NCBI RefSeq assembly: GCF_004010195.1
Contig: NC_057718.1
Coordinates: 13,309,549 to 13,373,548, forward strand
From: Chiloscyllium plagiosum
Lineage: Eukaryota
Reading direction: 5' to 3'
Length of the DNA stretch: 64,000 bases
The notes beneath the pieces are model-generated. The model did no database searches. It was not told where the DNA came from and saw only the letters and a program-made list of their open reading frames with translations. A program made the position numbers and the translations under genes. Shown one piece after another: positions 1 through 11,900 of this stretch (position 1 is the stretch's first letter; the number at the start of each line of letters is the position of its first letter).

Positions 1-15
1 CTGAACACTAAGCTG

Positions 16-1887
16 TTGACCCCGGGAAACATTGAGGAGCTCAAGAGGGATTACGCAGGTTGGAGAACCGTGAAGTCCCACTTTGAGTCTCCAGCAGACT
101 GGTGGGAAACAGTAAAAGGGAACATCAAGAGGTTCTTCATCCTCAAAGGTGTTCAGGAGGCGAGAGAGAGGCAGGGAAAACTGTCCCAGCTCCAGGAAAG
201 TATGCAGAACCTGCTCCTGCTGCAAACGATGGGGTTCGATGTCACAGAGGACCTCAAGGAGGTGAATGGCCAGCAAGCCTCGCTCTTTGCCTCGGAGGCC
301 TCCAAGATAATCTTCTGGTCCAGGGTCCGCTCGGTAGAGCAGGACGAGACGTGCTCACATTTCTTCTTCCAGAAGGTGCACAAAGAGAGCTCCGTGCTCA
401 GCAGCCTGAAGGAAGAAGATGCCTCGATAACATCATCTCAGGCTGACGTGATGAGGATCAGCAAATCCTTCTGTGCCAGTCTGTATGACTCGAAGCCTAC
501 CGACAGCGCAGTCTCTCAGTTGTTCCTGTCCTCTATCACGGAGGTCTTAGACGGGAGGCTGGACCAGCCGCTATCTCTGGATGAGCTGACCAAGGCCCTC
601 GAGTCCTTCGAAAAGAACAAAACTCCCGGTAGAGACGGCTTACCGGTCGAGCTCTATTCTGCTCTGTGGGACTTGATTGGCCAGGACCTGCTGGAGGTAT
701 ATGTCAGTTTGCTTCTGACAGGTAGCATGAGTGAATCCATGAGGAAAGGCATCATCACCCTCATCTACAAGCGGAAGGGGGAGAGGGAGAAACTCAGAAA
801 TTGGAGACCAATCTCACTATTGAATGCAGATTACAAAATTCTGTCAAAGGTTATCGCCAACCGGGTCAGGTCTGCTCTGGGGTCGGTGATTCACCCTGAC
901 CAAACCTGTGCTGTACCGGGCAGGAAGATTGCTGAGAGTCCCGCACTCCTCAGGGATATGATCGCCTACGTGCAGGAAAGGGGATTGGATACCAGCCTCA
1001 TCAGCCTGGACCAGGAGAAAGCCTTTGACAGGATATCACACACATATATGAGAGATGTTCTCTCCAAAATGGGCTTTGGGGAGAGAATCTGCAATTGGAT
1101 AAGACTGCTCTACACCAACATTGTCAGTGCAGTCTCAATCAATGGGTGGGAATCAGATAGCTTCCCAGTCAGATCTGGAGTCAGGCAGGGCTGCCCTCTC
1201 TCTCCTGCCTTGTTTGTGTGTTGCATAGAGCCATTTGCCGAGTCCATCAGGAAGGATGCGAGCCTGAGAGGAGTGACTATTCCTGGCAGTGGGGGCCTAC
1301 AAGTGAAGGCCTCCCTGTACATGGATGACATCACCATTTTCTGCTCAGATCCGCTGTTCGTGCACAGACTCTTGTGCATATGTGACCAGTTCGAACGGGC
1401 CTCAGGGGCCAAGGTAAACCGAGGCAAGAGCGAGGCCATGCTCTTCGGAAACTGGGCCGACCAATCCTCGGTCCCCTACGCCGTCAGGACCGACCACCTG
1501 AAGGTGCTGGGTATTTGGTTCGGGAGGGCTGGGGTGTATGCCAAGTCTTGGGAGGAGGGTTTCAGCAAAGTGAGGCAGAAACTGGTTAGATGGAAGCTAC
1601 AGTCACTCTCCCTCGCGGGAAAAAACCTGGTCATCAGGTGTGAGGCACTGTCATTGCTATTATACGTGGCACAGGTCTGGCCTATTCCCAGAACCTGTGC
1701 CGCTGCAGTCATCCGGGCCATCTTCCATTTTATATGGAGATCAAAGATGGACCGGGTCCGAAGGGACTCAATGTATAAAGATCTGGGGCAACGTGGAAGA
1801 AAACACACCCAATGCCACCCTCACCCTGATGGCCACCTTTGTGTGTGGCTGCATCAAGCGGGCAGATCCTATCGAGCGGTTCCCTGA
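16..1887 (+). pseudogene. ORF2 reverse transcriptase of the Tx1-type element (frameshifted near 1790; in-frame stops downstream)
   Basis: 623-aa ORF with non-LTR RT motifs. The protein-like continuation moves to the frames of ORFs 1640..2131 and 1906..2190. Confidence 0.88.
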
Positions 1888-2279
1888 GCAGACTGTCAAA
1901 GTCATTTGGCAGAATGCCTCATCGTCAGAATTTTCCAACAAGCACCAAGACATAGCTTGGCTGGTGGTGAGAAGGGCTCTGCCTGTGAGATCCTTTATAC
2001 ACGCCTGGACTCTGCCGCACCACATGCTGCCCTCGAAGCAGCTGCGGGGGGGGACGATTCTGTCACACACCTCCTTCTGGAATTTGCCTTTGCAGAAGAA
2101 GTCTGGAGAGGGATGCAGTGGTGTTTGTTGAGGTTCGTCCCGAGCAGCGCCGTGACACGGGACTCTGTGCTCTACGATCTGTTCCCCTGAACGCACACCG
2201 AGGCGAACATCAACTGTGCCTGGTGGATCATCAACTCACTGAAGGACATTCTTTGGGTGGTCTGAAACCTGTTGATCTT

Positions 2280-2501
2280 CCAACTGAAGGAGTTAACCCT
2301 GACTGAGTGTTGCAGACTGGCACATTCCAAGGTCCGGGACTAAGTGCTGAGGGATGTGCTGAAGCTTGGGGCAGCTGCCGCCAAGGCGCGCCAGCTGAAG
2401 GAGTTAACCCTGACTGAGTGTTGCAGACTGGCACATTCCAAGGTCTGGGACTAAGTGCTGAGGGATGTGCTGAAGCTTGGGGCAGCTGCCGCCAAGGCGC
2501 G
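2280..2501 (+). repeat. 111-bp tandem duplication inside the Tx1 ORF2 3' end
   Basis: 2280-2390 and 2391-2501 are near-identical (caa/cag and cgg/tgg differences). Confidence 0.95.
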
Positions 2502-2828
2502 TTGGGGAAAGACCACCGTGTAACATCTGCCTGCCTAAGAAGAACAGGGGGCCCACCCAGTCATTTGGGCTCTGCTGATGCCTCAGCAGAACAGCTGGAT
2601 AGTAAGTGTACAGACTTGTATATAGGAAAAATAAATTTCGATGTCTGTATGTAAAGCAATGTAATGTGTGCACAAGAATGGCATGACCCATTGTATACAG
2701 ATCCAAATAATTTTATGAATAAAGTATATTTTTGAAATAAAAAAAATGGTTTATGGTAAAAAGGGAAGATTTAAACGAGATGTGAGAGGCAGCTTTTTTT
2801 ATGCACAGGGTGGTAAGTGCCTGGAATG

Positions 2829-3358
2829 CAATAGACAATAGGTGCAGGAGTAGGCCATTCTGCCCTTCGAGCCTGCACCACCATTCATTATGATCATGGC
2901 TGATCATCCTTAATCAGTATCCTGTTCCTGCCTTATCTCCATAACCCTTGATTCCACTATCCTTAAGAGCTCTATCCAACTCTTTCTTAAACGAATCCAG
3001 AGACTGGGCCTCCACTGCCCTCTGGGGCAGAGCATTCCACACAGCCACCACTCTCTGGGTGAAGACGTTTCTCCTCATTTCTGTCCTAAATGACCTACTC
3101 CTTATTTTTAAGCTGTTTGGGACTCACCCATCAGTGGAAACCTGTTTCCTGCCTCCGGAGTGTCCAATCCTTTAATAATCTTATACGTCTCAATCAGATC
3201 CCCTCTCAGTTTTCTAAACTCAAGGGTATACAAGCCCAGTCGCTCCAATCTTTCAACATAAGATAGTCCCGTCATTCCAGGAATTGACCTCGTGTACCTA
3301 CGCTGCATTCCCTCAGTAGCCAGAATGTCTTTCCTCAAATTTGGAGACCAGAACTGCA
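2829..3358 (-). mobile_element. CR1-type LINE 3' fragment nested in an oppositely oriented CR1 3' end (2747-2830 and ~3355-3540)
   Basis: ORF 3108..3395 carries the CR1 ORF2 C-terminus (VQFWSP...LGLYTLEFRKLRGDLIETYKI). The host reads ctggaatgca | ctgtcagagg across the insert. Confidence 0.88.
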
Positions 3359-3624
3359 CTGTCAGAGGAAGTGGTGGAGGTGAATACAATAACAATGTTT
3401 AAGAGGTATCTTGACAGATATATGGATAGGTGGGAAATAGAGGGACACAGACCGTGTAGAGGCTAAAGGTTTTTAGTTTAGAAAGATGCAGGCTTTATGG
3501 ACTGAAGGCCCTGTTCCTTTGATGTACTGTTCTTCGTTCTTCACATTGTGACTTGCCAATGTTTATACTTTACGCCCTGCACAATGAAGGCAAGTATGTC
3601 ATAAGCCTTGCTTAAAATCACACG

Positions 3625-4070
3625 AGGAGAAAGTGAGGACTGCAGATGCTGGATATCAGAGTCAAAGAGTGTGGTGCTAGAAAAGCACAGCTGGTCAGGC
3701 AGCATCCAAGGAGCAGAAGAGTTGATGTTTCGAACATAAGCTCTTCATAGGATAGTTCAACAGGGCGGTGCCGAGTTGGAAGGTTGGATCTGGGATAAGG
3801 TGGGGGGAGGGGAAATTGGGAAACTAGTGAAATTCATATTGATCCCATGTGGTTGAAGGATCCCAAAGCAGAAGATGAGGTGTTCTTCCTCCAGGTGGCG
3901 GGTGGCTAGGATTTGGCAGTGGAGGTGGCCCAGGACTTGTGTGTCCTTGGCAGAGTGGGAGGTAGAGTTAAAGTGTTTGGCCACAATGTGGTGGGGTTGT
4001 TTAGTGCATGTGTCCCAGAGATGTTCTCTGAAATGTTCCACAAGTTAGCGTCCTGTCTCCCCAATGTAGA
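3625..4070 (-). mobile_element. Penelope-like element fragment (GIY-YIG endonuclease C-terminus plus terminal repeat)
   Basis: ORF 3757..4041 (FREH...VAKHFNSTSHS...LEEEHLIFCFGILQPHGIN). The terminal motif gaggactgcagatgctgg is shared with many copies in the window. Confidence 0.82.
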
Positions 4071-4099
4071 GAAGTGATGCCCTCTATTGGATGCTCTTT

Positions 4100-4890
4100 C
4101 TCCTTTTCAGCATCAGGTCCTCCACAATCCCCTCCTCCGCAAAACTCTAGCCACCCGACACCTGGAAGAAAAACGCCTCATCCTCCACCTTGAGACCCTC
4201 TAACCAGACGAGATCAAAGTGGATTTCACCAGTTTCCCCATTTCCCTTTCCCCCACCTTATCTCAGATCCAACCTTTCAAATCAGCATGGTGGCTCAGTG
4301 GTTAGCACTGCTGCCTCCCAGCGCCAGTGACCCTGGTTTGATTCCAGCCTCAGGCAACTGTCTGTGTGGAGTTTGCACTTTCTCCCCGTATCTGCGTGGG
4401 TTTCCTCCAGGTACTCCTGTTTCCTCCCACAATCAAAGGTGTCAGGTTCAGTGAATTGGCCATGCTAAATTGCCCAAAGTGTTCAAGGATGTGTAGGTTA
4501 GGTACATTAGTCGGGGTAAAGGTAGGGGAATGAGTCTGGGTGGGTTACGCTTCGGAGGGTCAGTATAGACATGTTGGGCCGAAGGAGCTGTTTCCACACT
4601 GTAGGGATTCTATGATGATTAAGCAGCACTGTCCTCTAGACCTGTCCATCTTTCTTCCCACATATCCATTCCACCCTCTTCTCCGGCCGATCACCATCAC
4701 CCCACCTTCATCTACCTATCACATTTCCAGCTACATTGCCCCCCAGCACCACCCCTCTCTCATTATCTCTCAGCCACCTTGAGCCACCCCCTCATTCCTA
4801 ATGAAGCACTTATGCTCGAATCATTGATTCTCCTGCTTCTCGGATGCTGCCCGACCAGCTGTGCTTTTCCAGCACCACACTCTTCAACTT
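4100..4890 (+). mobile_element. Penelope-like element 3' fragment interrupted by an HE1-type SINE
   Basis: Opposite-strand homolog of 3757-3950, with a degenerate hammerhead-like core near 4798-4826. Confidence 0.75.
4286..4620 (+). mobile_element. HE1-type tRNA-derived SINE
   Basis: tggtggctcagtggttagcactgctgcctc (A-box-like), ggtttgattcc (B-box-like), central tgtgtggagtttgcac...gggtttcctcc, and a CR1-like 3' tail. Confidence 0.88.
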
Positions 4891-5430
4891 TAAATCACAA
4901 AACACCAGGTTATAGTCCAACAAGTTTATTCGGAAATACAAACTTTCATCAGGTAGCTGGTGAAGTAGGATCATAGGATACAGAATTTATACCAAAAGAT
5001 CATCGTGTCTTACATTGATGCAATATATTGAACAAACATAGATTGCTGTTAAGTCTTTCATCTTTTAGGATAGGCTACAGGTTTTGATTCATTAATATGT
5101 AAATCCCAGAACTTCCTTCAAGTCACATTCCTGAGATAACTTAAGGTTTTATGAAAAAAGGTGGCATCTCAGCTCAGACAATGCATTAAAGGTGTGAGGT
5201 TAGAGTCTGTATGTATTCCAATCTTGAGTCGGACTGGTTCTATTTCCAAAGTAAGAATTTATAAAATGTCACGTGGATTATTTCCATGTGCCATTTCTTG
5301 TATACTTCCCTTCTGCATTAGACTTTCCAAAATGCACCACCTCACATTTATCTGGATTAAACTCCATCATTCACCTGAAGTATCTCATCTGCTGTACTGT
5401 TCAATGGTTCAATTGTCTGGCGTTTGATTA

Positions 5431-5999
5431 TGTGAGTCTGTTTACTTTTTTTCACCTAAGTGCAGTAGTGCTTATTTTTTCCCCAGCACCCATGGTGTGT
5501 GTGTGCAAGTGTGAGACACAGTGAAAGACACAAAGTGCACGAATCTTTATTCAATTTCCACCACCAGGAAGATAGGAAAACACCCGGGTGGCCAGTGACA
5601 AACACTGCCCTTCACATCAAAGGGCAGTGCTGTGTGATCAAAACAGTGAAGGGGAGGGTAGGGACTGTGAGTCTGTTTATTTTTTTTTAAACAGTGAGAC
5701 ATTCCTGTTTATTTTTTTTTCTGTTTATTTTTTTTTCTTTTTAATTTAACCCCCACACTACCACCTAAGTGCAGTCGTGCTTATTTATTTATTTTTTTCC
5801 CCCAGCACCCATGGTGTGTGTGTGCAGGTGTGAGACACAGTGAAAGACACAAAGTGCACGAATCTTTATTCAATTTCCACCACCAGGCAGATAGGAAAAC
5901 ACCCGGGTGGCCAGTGACAAGCACTGCCCTTCACATCAAAGAGTCTGCTGTGTGATCAAAACAGTGAAGGGGAGGGTAGGGACTGTGAGTCTGTTTACT
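5431..5999 (-). repeat. Two tandem poly(A)-tailed retroposon copies separated and flanked by a triplicated 14-bp target site
   Basis: tgtgagtctgttta at 5431, 5666 and 5984. Units ~5446-5665 and ~5740-5983 are near-identical, each with a minus-strand AATAAA and A-tail. Confidence 0.88.
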
Positions 6000-7289
6000 A
6001 TTGGTGCTCACTGTGCTTGATTGGTTGAGCCTGGATTGGACTCAGTGAAAAGTAAAGAGCTGAGAAGGCTGGCTTCAAATCCCACCTGTTCCAGAGGTGT
6101 GTCATGAGATCTCTAAACGGCGGATTAAAATATCTCTTAATGGGGCAGTAGTGGCACAGTGGTAGTGTTCCTAACTCTGGGGGAGAATTCCTGGATTCAG
6201 GTTCTGCCTGCTCCAGATGTGTGTCAGTCATACCTGACCAGGTTGAGTTAAAAAATTACAATGGTTTCTCTTTGAAGAATAAATACCAGAAGGAGCTGAA
6301 GCATGGCATGGATATTTTAAAGTACTGGATATAAAACCTGTTACACATTTGGGAACTAGTGTTCTTGCCTAGATCTGAAATGTGAAATGTATAACTTCAG
6401 TCAAATAAATATCTTACAACTCAGTGCTTGATTTTTCTTGTAATATCCTTATGTACTGAATTACATTAACAATAATCCTCAGTTTGAACTGCTGTTTGTA
6501 TGAACAAATTTTACCAAGCTGGATGGTAAATACATAAAACATAAATGAGCCTTAATATTCATCATGTTGTGGTAACCCAGCAACCAAAATTAGCATGACC
6601 ATTGAAAACTTTGCAAGTGGCACTTAAAAGGGTCAGAGGCTGGTGAGCAAAAGACACAGAAAGGGAAAGAAATGAAACATAATCATTTCTGTTAATTGGC
6701 ATAAAATGTGCATCATTTGGGTATCTGATAACTAAATTTCTTAGACTATACAATTTGCTTACCAAGCAAAGGACCACTTGTCTCATTTCCTGTTCACCTC
6801 ATTGTTGCAAAAATCATTGCCTCAACCCATCAACGTTCCATTCTCCCTGGCAAGAGAATACCAACATTAGCACCCACCTCTCTAAATTCACTTGTACATT
6901 TCTACTGAAGAATTAATTAGTTAGGTAAGTCACTAGAATGGAAAGGATAAGGGCAATCTCAAAAGGAAACAGTACAATTGGTTAAGCCAATGTTGAAAGA
7001 TCAAAGGGACAACAGATAAGAGAAGTTAAGAATGATGAAAGAGTTGAAATAATAATTCTGATGACTTCCATCCATGTGTTGCTCTTATCACAACAAAACA
7101 ACTTCAAAGCACTCTGTTGAATTCTTGCCTGAAGCACACTGGCTGTAGTTACATTCACAAACACAGTCACTACCTCCCACAAACTGCAATGACATGGATG
7201 AGAGAAGAACTCATTATGTTCCTCAAGGAGAGCATGGGGACACTGAATATCCCTCTGAGGAAACTAAAACAAGCAGAAGAGATCCCATT

Positions 7290-7830
7290 AAAAGCAGCAA
7301 CATAATCAAAAATCCCTCCCACCCCAGTTATAATCTCTTCCAACCTCTCCCCTTAGGCAGAAGATACAAAGGCTTAAACACATGGACCAACAGTTTCAAG
7401 AACAGCATCTTCCCTGCTGTTATTAGACTGCTAATTGTTCCTAGGAGAAAGTGAGGACTGCAGATGCTGGAGATCTGTGGTGAAAAGTGTGGCGCTGGAA
7501 AAGCATAGCAGCATCTGAGGAGCAGGAGAATCACTATTTCAGGCATAAGCCCTTCATCAGAATTGCTTATGCCTGAAACATCGACTCTCCTGCTCCTCGG
7601 TTGCTGCCTGACCTGCTGTGTTTTTCCAGTGCCACATTTTGATTCTGCAAGGACCTCTGATATTGACCTCACTGTTTGTGCACCTTCTCTGCAGCCATAA
7701 CATTGTATTCCTCGCATTGCTGTATTGCCCTTATGCACTTTGGACAGTATGATCTGCATTTACCGTGCACAAAACAAAACTTTTCACTGTACCTAGATAC
7801 ACATGACAATAAAAAGTCAAATCAAATCAA
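7290..7830 (+). mobile_element. Rex1/Babar-like LINE 3' end with a fold-back PLE insert (~7443-7645)
   Basis: ORF 7194..7454 contains IIKNPSHPSYNLFQPLPLGRRY...FKNSIFPAVIRLL. The (aatca)n tail lies at ~7820, and the segment is homologous to the minus copy at 11300-11900. Confidence 0.75.
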
Positions 7831-8477
7831 AAGGTTGGTTGCCTTCAATGCAGCTTTACACTACAAATCCAACCCACTGAGACGCACAATAATCTGACCC
7901 AGAAATGAGATTGAACCAACCTGGCATAGATGAGAGGACATAAACAAAAAAACATTTACTTAGCACTGAAGTTTCACATTCCCTACAACACATGAACCTG
8001 CATTTACTTGGCAAATGACCTCAATGTACTTTAGCAAAGGTGATAATTCCTGGGTGTTTGGAGTTGAATGGATCATATTGCATCTTGAAAGGATTTGTTT
8101 GAATGAAGCCATGGGGCAAGGGTGATCAACAACTAGGCAACGTGCAGAGAAATCTTTGATGTGCTGCAAAGCATTCTCTTTCATGTATCATTTTTTTTTG
8201 CAGCCATCAATCAAGATTAGTTTCCATTACTGCAATTATACTATGAACAAACTCTGAAGTTCCACAGCAACAGCACTGTGGGTGACTTTGGAACATTATA
8301 TTTCAAACTATGGCAGATGCGAGAGCAGAATTTAAACAACTTGTGGCCATACAGCAGTAAAATGTCACAGATACTGCACAAGTGCAAACATTAGCACCAA
8401 GCCAAAGAAAAGTATATTCATATGAGAAACTAAAGGAGAATTGGGCTTTAAATACATCTTAAGGTAAGAGATTAAAC

Positions 8478-8800
8478 ATTCTGGTCTCCCTGTTATAGGA
8501 AAGATGCTGTGAAACTTGAAAGGGTTCAGAAAAGATTTACAAGGATGTTGCCAGGGTTAAAGGGTTTGAGCTATAGGGAGAGGCTGAATAGACTGGGGCT
8601 ATTTTCCCTGAAGGGTTAGAAGCTGAGGGATGACCTTATAGAGGTTTATAAAATCATGAGGGGCCTGGATAGGATAAATAGTTAAGGTCTTTTCCCTGGC
8701 GTGGTGGAGTCCAAAACTAGAGGACATAGGTTTAAGGTGAGAGGAGAAAGATTTAAAAGGGACCTAAAGGGCAACTTTTTCACGCAGAGGGTGGTGTGTG
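8478..8800 (+). mobile_element. CR1 LINE 3' fragment
   Basis: ttctggtctccc...gaaagggttcagaaaagatttacaaggatg...gacctaaagggcaac, matching the other CR1 copies. Confidence 0.85.
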
Positions 8801-9064
8801 GAGGGAATTAATGAAGATGCATTGCAACTAATTTGCACACAAGCCAACTTCAAGACAATAATAATCAAAGACAATCTGTTTTTATCCGCTTGAGGGATAA
8901 CTACTAGGAACTCTCACATCCTTTTTCAAAACCATGCCATGGACTGTTTCCATCCATCTGAGAGGGCAAACAAAAGCTCAGCTTAATATCTAATTTAAGG
9001 GATCGCTTTTTTGCTTCAGTATTACGCTGAAGTGTTGACCTAGATTTTGTGTTCAAGTCCCATA

Positions 9065-9372
9065 ACATTGAATCCTTAAAGTGAGAAAGCAGGTCATTCA
9101 GCCCATTGAATCCACACCGAACCTGTGAAGAGCATCCCACCCAGACGCCCCCCCACCTTATCTCCATAACCCTGCATTTCCTATGGCCAACCCATCTAGC
9201 CTGCATAGTGCCTGGATGCTATGGGGCAATTTAGCATGGCCGATCCACCTAACTTGCACATCTTCGGACTGTGGGAGGAAACTGGAGCAACCAGATGAAA
9301 CCCACGCAGACACAGGGAGAACATGTAAACTCTGCACACTGTGAGGCAGCAGTGCCAACCACTGTGCCACCC
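9065..9372 (-). mobile_element. HE1-type SINE
   Basis: Reverse complement of the 4286-4620 SINE, with a deletion in the head. Confidence 0.82.
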
Positions 9373-10577
9373 TCAAACAGGAAGATCTAGAGGTGAGCAT
9401 GTGATCAAGTGACCCTTTTGGAACACATTTCTACCCTTGCTGAGATACGTGAGCTTAGCACAGACAAGCCTGGTGTTTTGTGCTCAGAATGAGGAATTGC
9501 CACAGTGCTAGATGTGGCAGAACCTGAATGTGTTCGAGAGTAACTTCCTTCGATTCTTTCTGAGTAAAGTCGATTGTCTGTGATTGGACTGTTTTGGTTC
9601 CTTTCATCGGTTCAGTAGTTTTGTCACAGTTTAACTAACCTATTGTTAGGTCAAATCAATTGAATGAGGTATACACAAGTATTATTCACATAATAATACC
9701 CAAGGACACTTTCATGTAGTTCAGGAAGCCAAACTGGGCCATAGCCTTAAGGTAAGTACGTGAATAAAATTGGTTAGACACAGTGCGAGGGAGTAGGGGA
9801 TGTGAGGCAGAGTGAGTCACAGTCCCAATCAGGAAAGAAGAATCTACTGTTTAGTCATGCCTCCTCAAGTTTCTATGTTGAATAATGTTTTACTATCTGG
9901 AAATGAAAAGTTAAATCATGAGTAGCAGATCATTTGTTCATATCTAAACAATGTACTTCAGAGGACAGGGTCAGTTATAGAGCAAACCTGTTTCGCAGGT
10001 TTGTGTTACAGGCAAAGGTGAATGATGAATACAATTTTGGCAAGAAAATTACTCCAATCAGATCATCAGCATAATCGAGTTTAGCTTCTTGGGTAAGCCA
10101 ATTACATCATCTCTCTTCCTTTCAAAGTCTCCTCACACTGTATCACTCCAAACATGTTTTCAGTCACCCTCCTCATCTTTATTTTTTTCTCTGACCCAAA
10201 AATACCTTTGAAGAAACAAAAACAGAAATTGCTGGAAAAGCTCTGTTTTTGTTTCTGATTTACAGCGTCCGCAATTCTTTCAATTTTTATTTAGTATTTT
10301 TGATTAAGTACATAATGGTGCTGAGAGAAAGAGGAAACCATTGAAGGTGTACAGGCAAAATATTGTAAATGCTGGACATCTGAAACAAGCAAAGAGAATA
10401 TTGGGGAAACTCAGCAACTCTGGTAGTATCTCTAGACAGAGAAGCAGAGTTAATGTTTTGAGTCTGGTGTGACTCTTCTTCAGAACTGACTTTCTCCAGA
10501 CCTTCTGGCTTTCTCAATCTGTTTAAGGTAGTGAGCTGAGCTCATAATGTGTCTCCTTTATGCTCACTAGAGCGACA

Positions 10578-11005
10578 GGGTGGCTCAGTGGTTTAGCACT
10601 GCTGCCTCATAGTGCCGGGGACCCAGGTATGATTCTAGCCTCGGGCAACTGTCTGTGTGGAGTTTGCACAATTCTCCCTGTGGCTGCGTGAGTTTCCTCT
10701 GGGAGCTCCGATTTCCTCCCACCATCTGAAGAAATGCGGGTTAGGTGGATTGGCCACAGGAAATTCCTGAAGAAGGGCTTATGCCCGAAACGTCGATTCT
10801 CCTGTTCCCTGGATGCTGCCTGACCTGCTGTGCTTTTCCAGCAACACATTTTCAGCTCTGATCTCCAGCATCTGCAGACCTCACTTTCTCCACAGGAAAT
10901 TTCCCCTAGTGTCCAGGGATGTGTGGGGTGGTTCTGGGTGGGATGCTCTTCGCAGGGATGGTGTGAACTCAATGGGCCGAATGGCCTGCTCCTACACTGT
11001 AAGGA
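10578..11005 (+). mobile_element. HE1-type SINE containing a 124-bp PLE-derived insert (10766-10889) with a 12-bp TSD
   Basis: SINE head ggtggctcagtgg; ccacaggaaatt duplicated at 10754 and 10890. Confidence 0.88.
10767..10794 (+). ncRNA. Minimal hammerhead-ribozyme-like motif in a PLE terminal repeat
   Basis: CTGAAGA-A-GGGC-ttat-GCCC-GAAA-CGTC: CUGANGA and GAAA cores flanking a paired stem II. Confidence 0.62.
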
Positions 11006-11299
11006 TTCCAATGTTGTACTGCAGAAGAATGCTATTCAGCCCACTGTTCCTGTATTAACAGTACAAATGAACATTGTGAATTAATGCCTTTCTCTCACCT
11101 ATTCCCCGTAATCTTGCATATTATTTCTATTTATCTAATGGCCTCTTGCATTCCTCCCTTGAACCTGCCACCACCACATTCCAGGTAATTCTTTCCAGAC
11201 CCGAGGCAGTGGCTGTGTGAAAATATTTCTTCCAACTGCTCAATTACTTCTTTCGTCAGAAGGCATCACCACACCCTTAGCAAATGCAATTAGGGATTA

Positions 11300-11900
11300 T
11301 TTGATTGATTTGATTTATTGTTGTCACATGTACCTAAAGTACAGTGAAAGGTTTTGTTTTGTGTGCAGTGCAGGCAGAGATTACCATACAAAGATCATAG
11401 GGTGATTGAACAGAACGAGGAATACGAAGTTACAGCAGAGGAGTTGCACAAAAAACAAGATCAACATTAGATTTGAAATTTGAGAGGTCCATTCAGAAGT
11501 CTAATAACACCGGGGAAGAATCTGTTGGTATGTGTGTTTAAGTTTTTCTATCTTCTGCCTGATGGAAAAGGTTAGAATAGATGATAACCGGGATGGGAGT
11601 GGCCTTTGATGATGTTGGCTGCCTTTCTGAGGCAGCAAAAAGTGTAGATGGAGCCAATGGATGGAAGGTTGGTTTGTGTGTGATGGCCTGGGCTGTGTTC
11701 ACCACTCTTCGTAGTTTTTTGCAGTCCTGGACAGAGCAGTTGTCATACCAAGCAGTGGTGCATCCAGATAGAATGCTTTCCATGGTGCATCTATAAAAGT
11801 TGGTGAGAGTCCTTATGAACATGCCGACTTTCCTTCGACTCCTTAGGAAGAAGAGGCATTGTTGTGCCTTCTTGACCGTCACATCAACATGGGTGGTCCA
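11300..11900 (-). mobile_element. Rex1/Babar-like LINE 3' fragment
   Basis: ORF 11538..11939: VKKAQQCLFFLR...LTNFYRCTMESILSGCTTAWY...LRRVVNTAQAIT; (aatc)n tail at ~11300. Confidence 0.8.

Larger units (their letters stand above)
1..2746 (+). mobile_element. Tx1-type (L1 clade) non-LTR retrotransposon, 3' part, degenerate; 5' part lies outside the window
   Basis: RT ORF 16..1887 with KTPGRDG, NWRPISLLNADYKIL, SLDQEKAFD, GVRQGCPLSP and YMDD. Frameshifted C-terminal region follows (IWQN..., HLLLE at 1906..2190), then AATAAA at 2718 and an A-tail ending at 2746. Confidence 0.92.

Noticed and set aside
4286..4360. tRNA genes at SINE heads (here and in other copies)
   Set aside because: The A/B-box-like heads run into SINE bodies and do not form complete cloverleaves.
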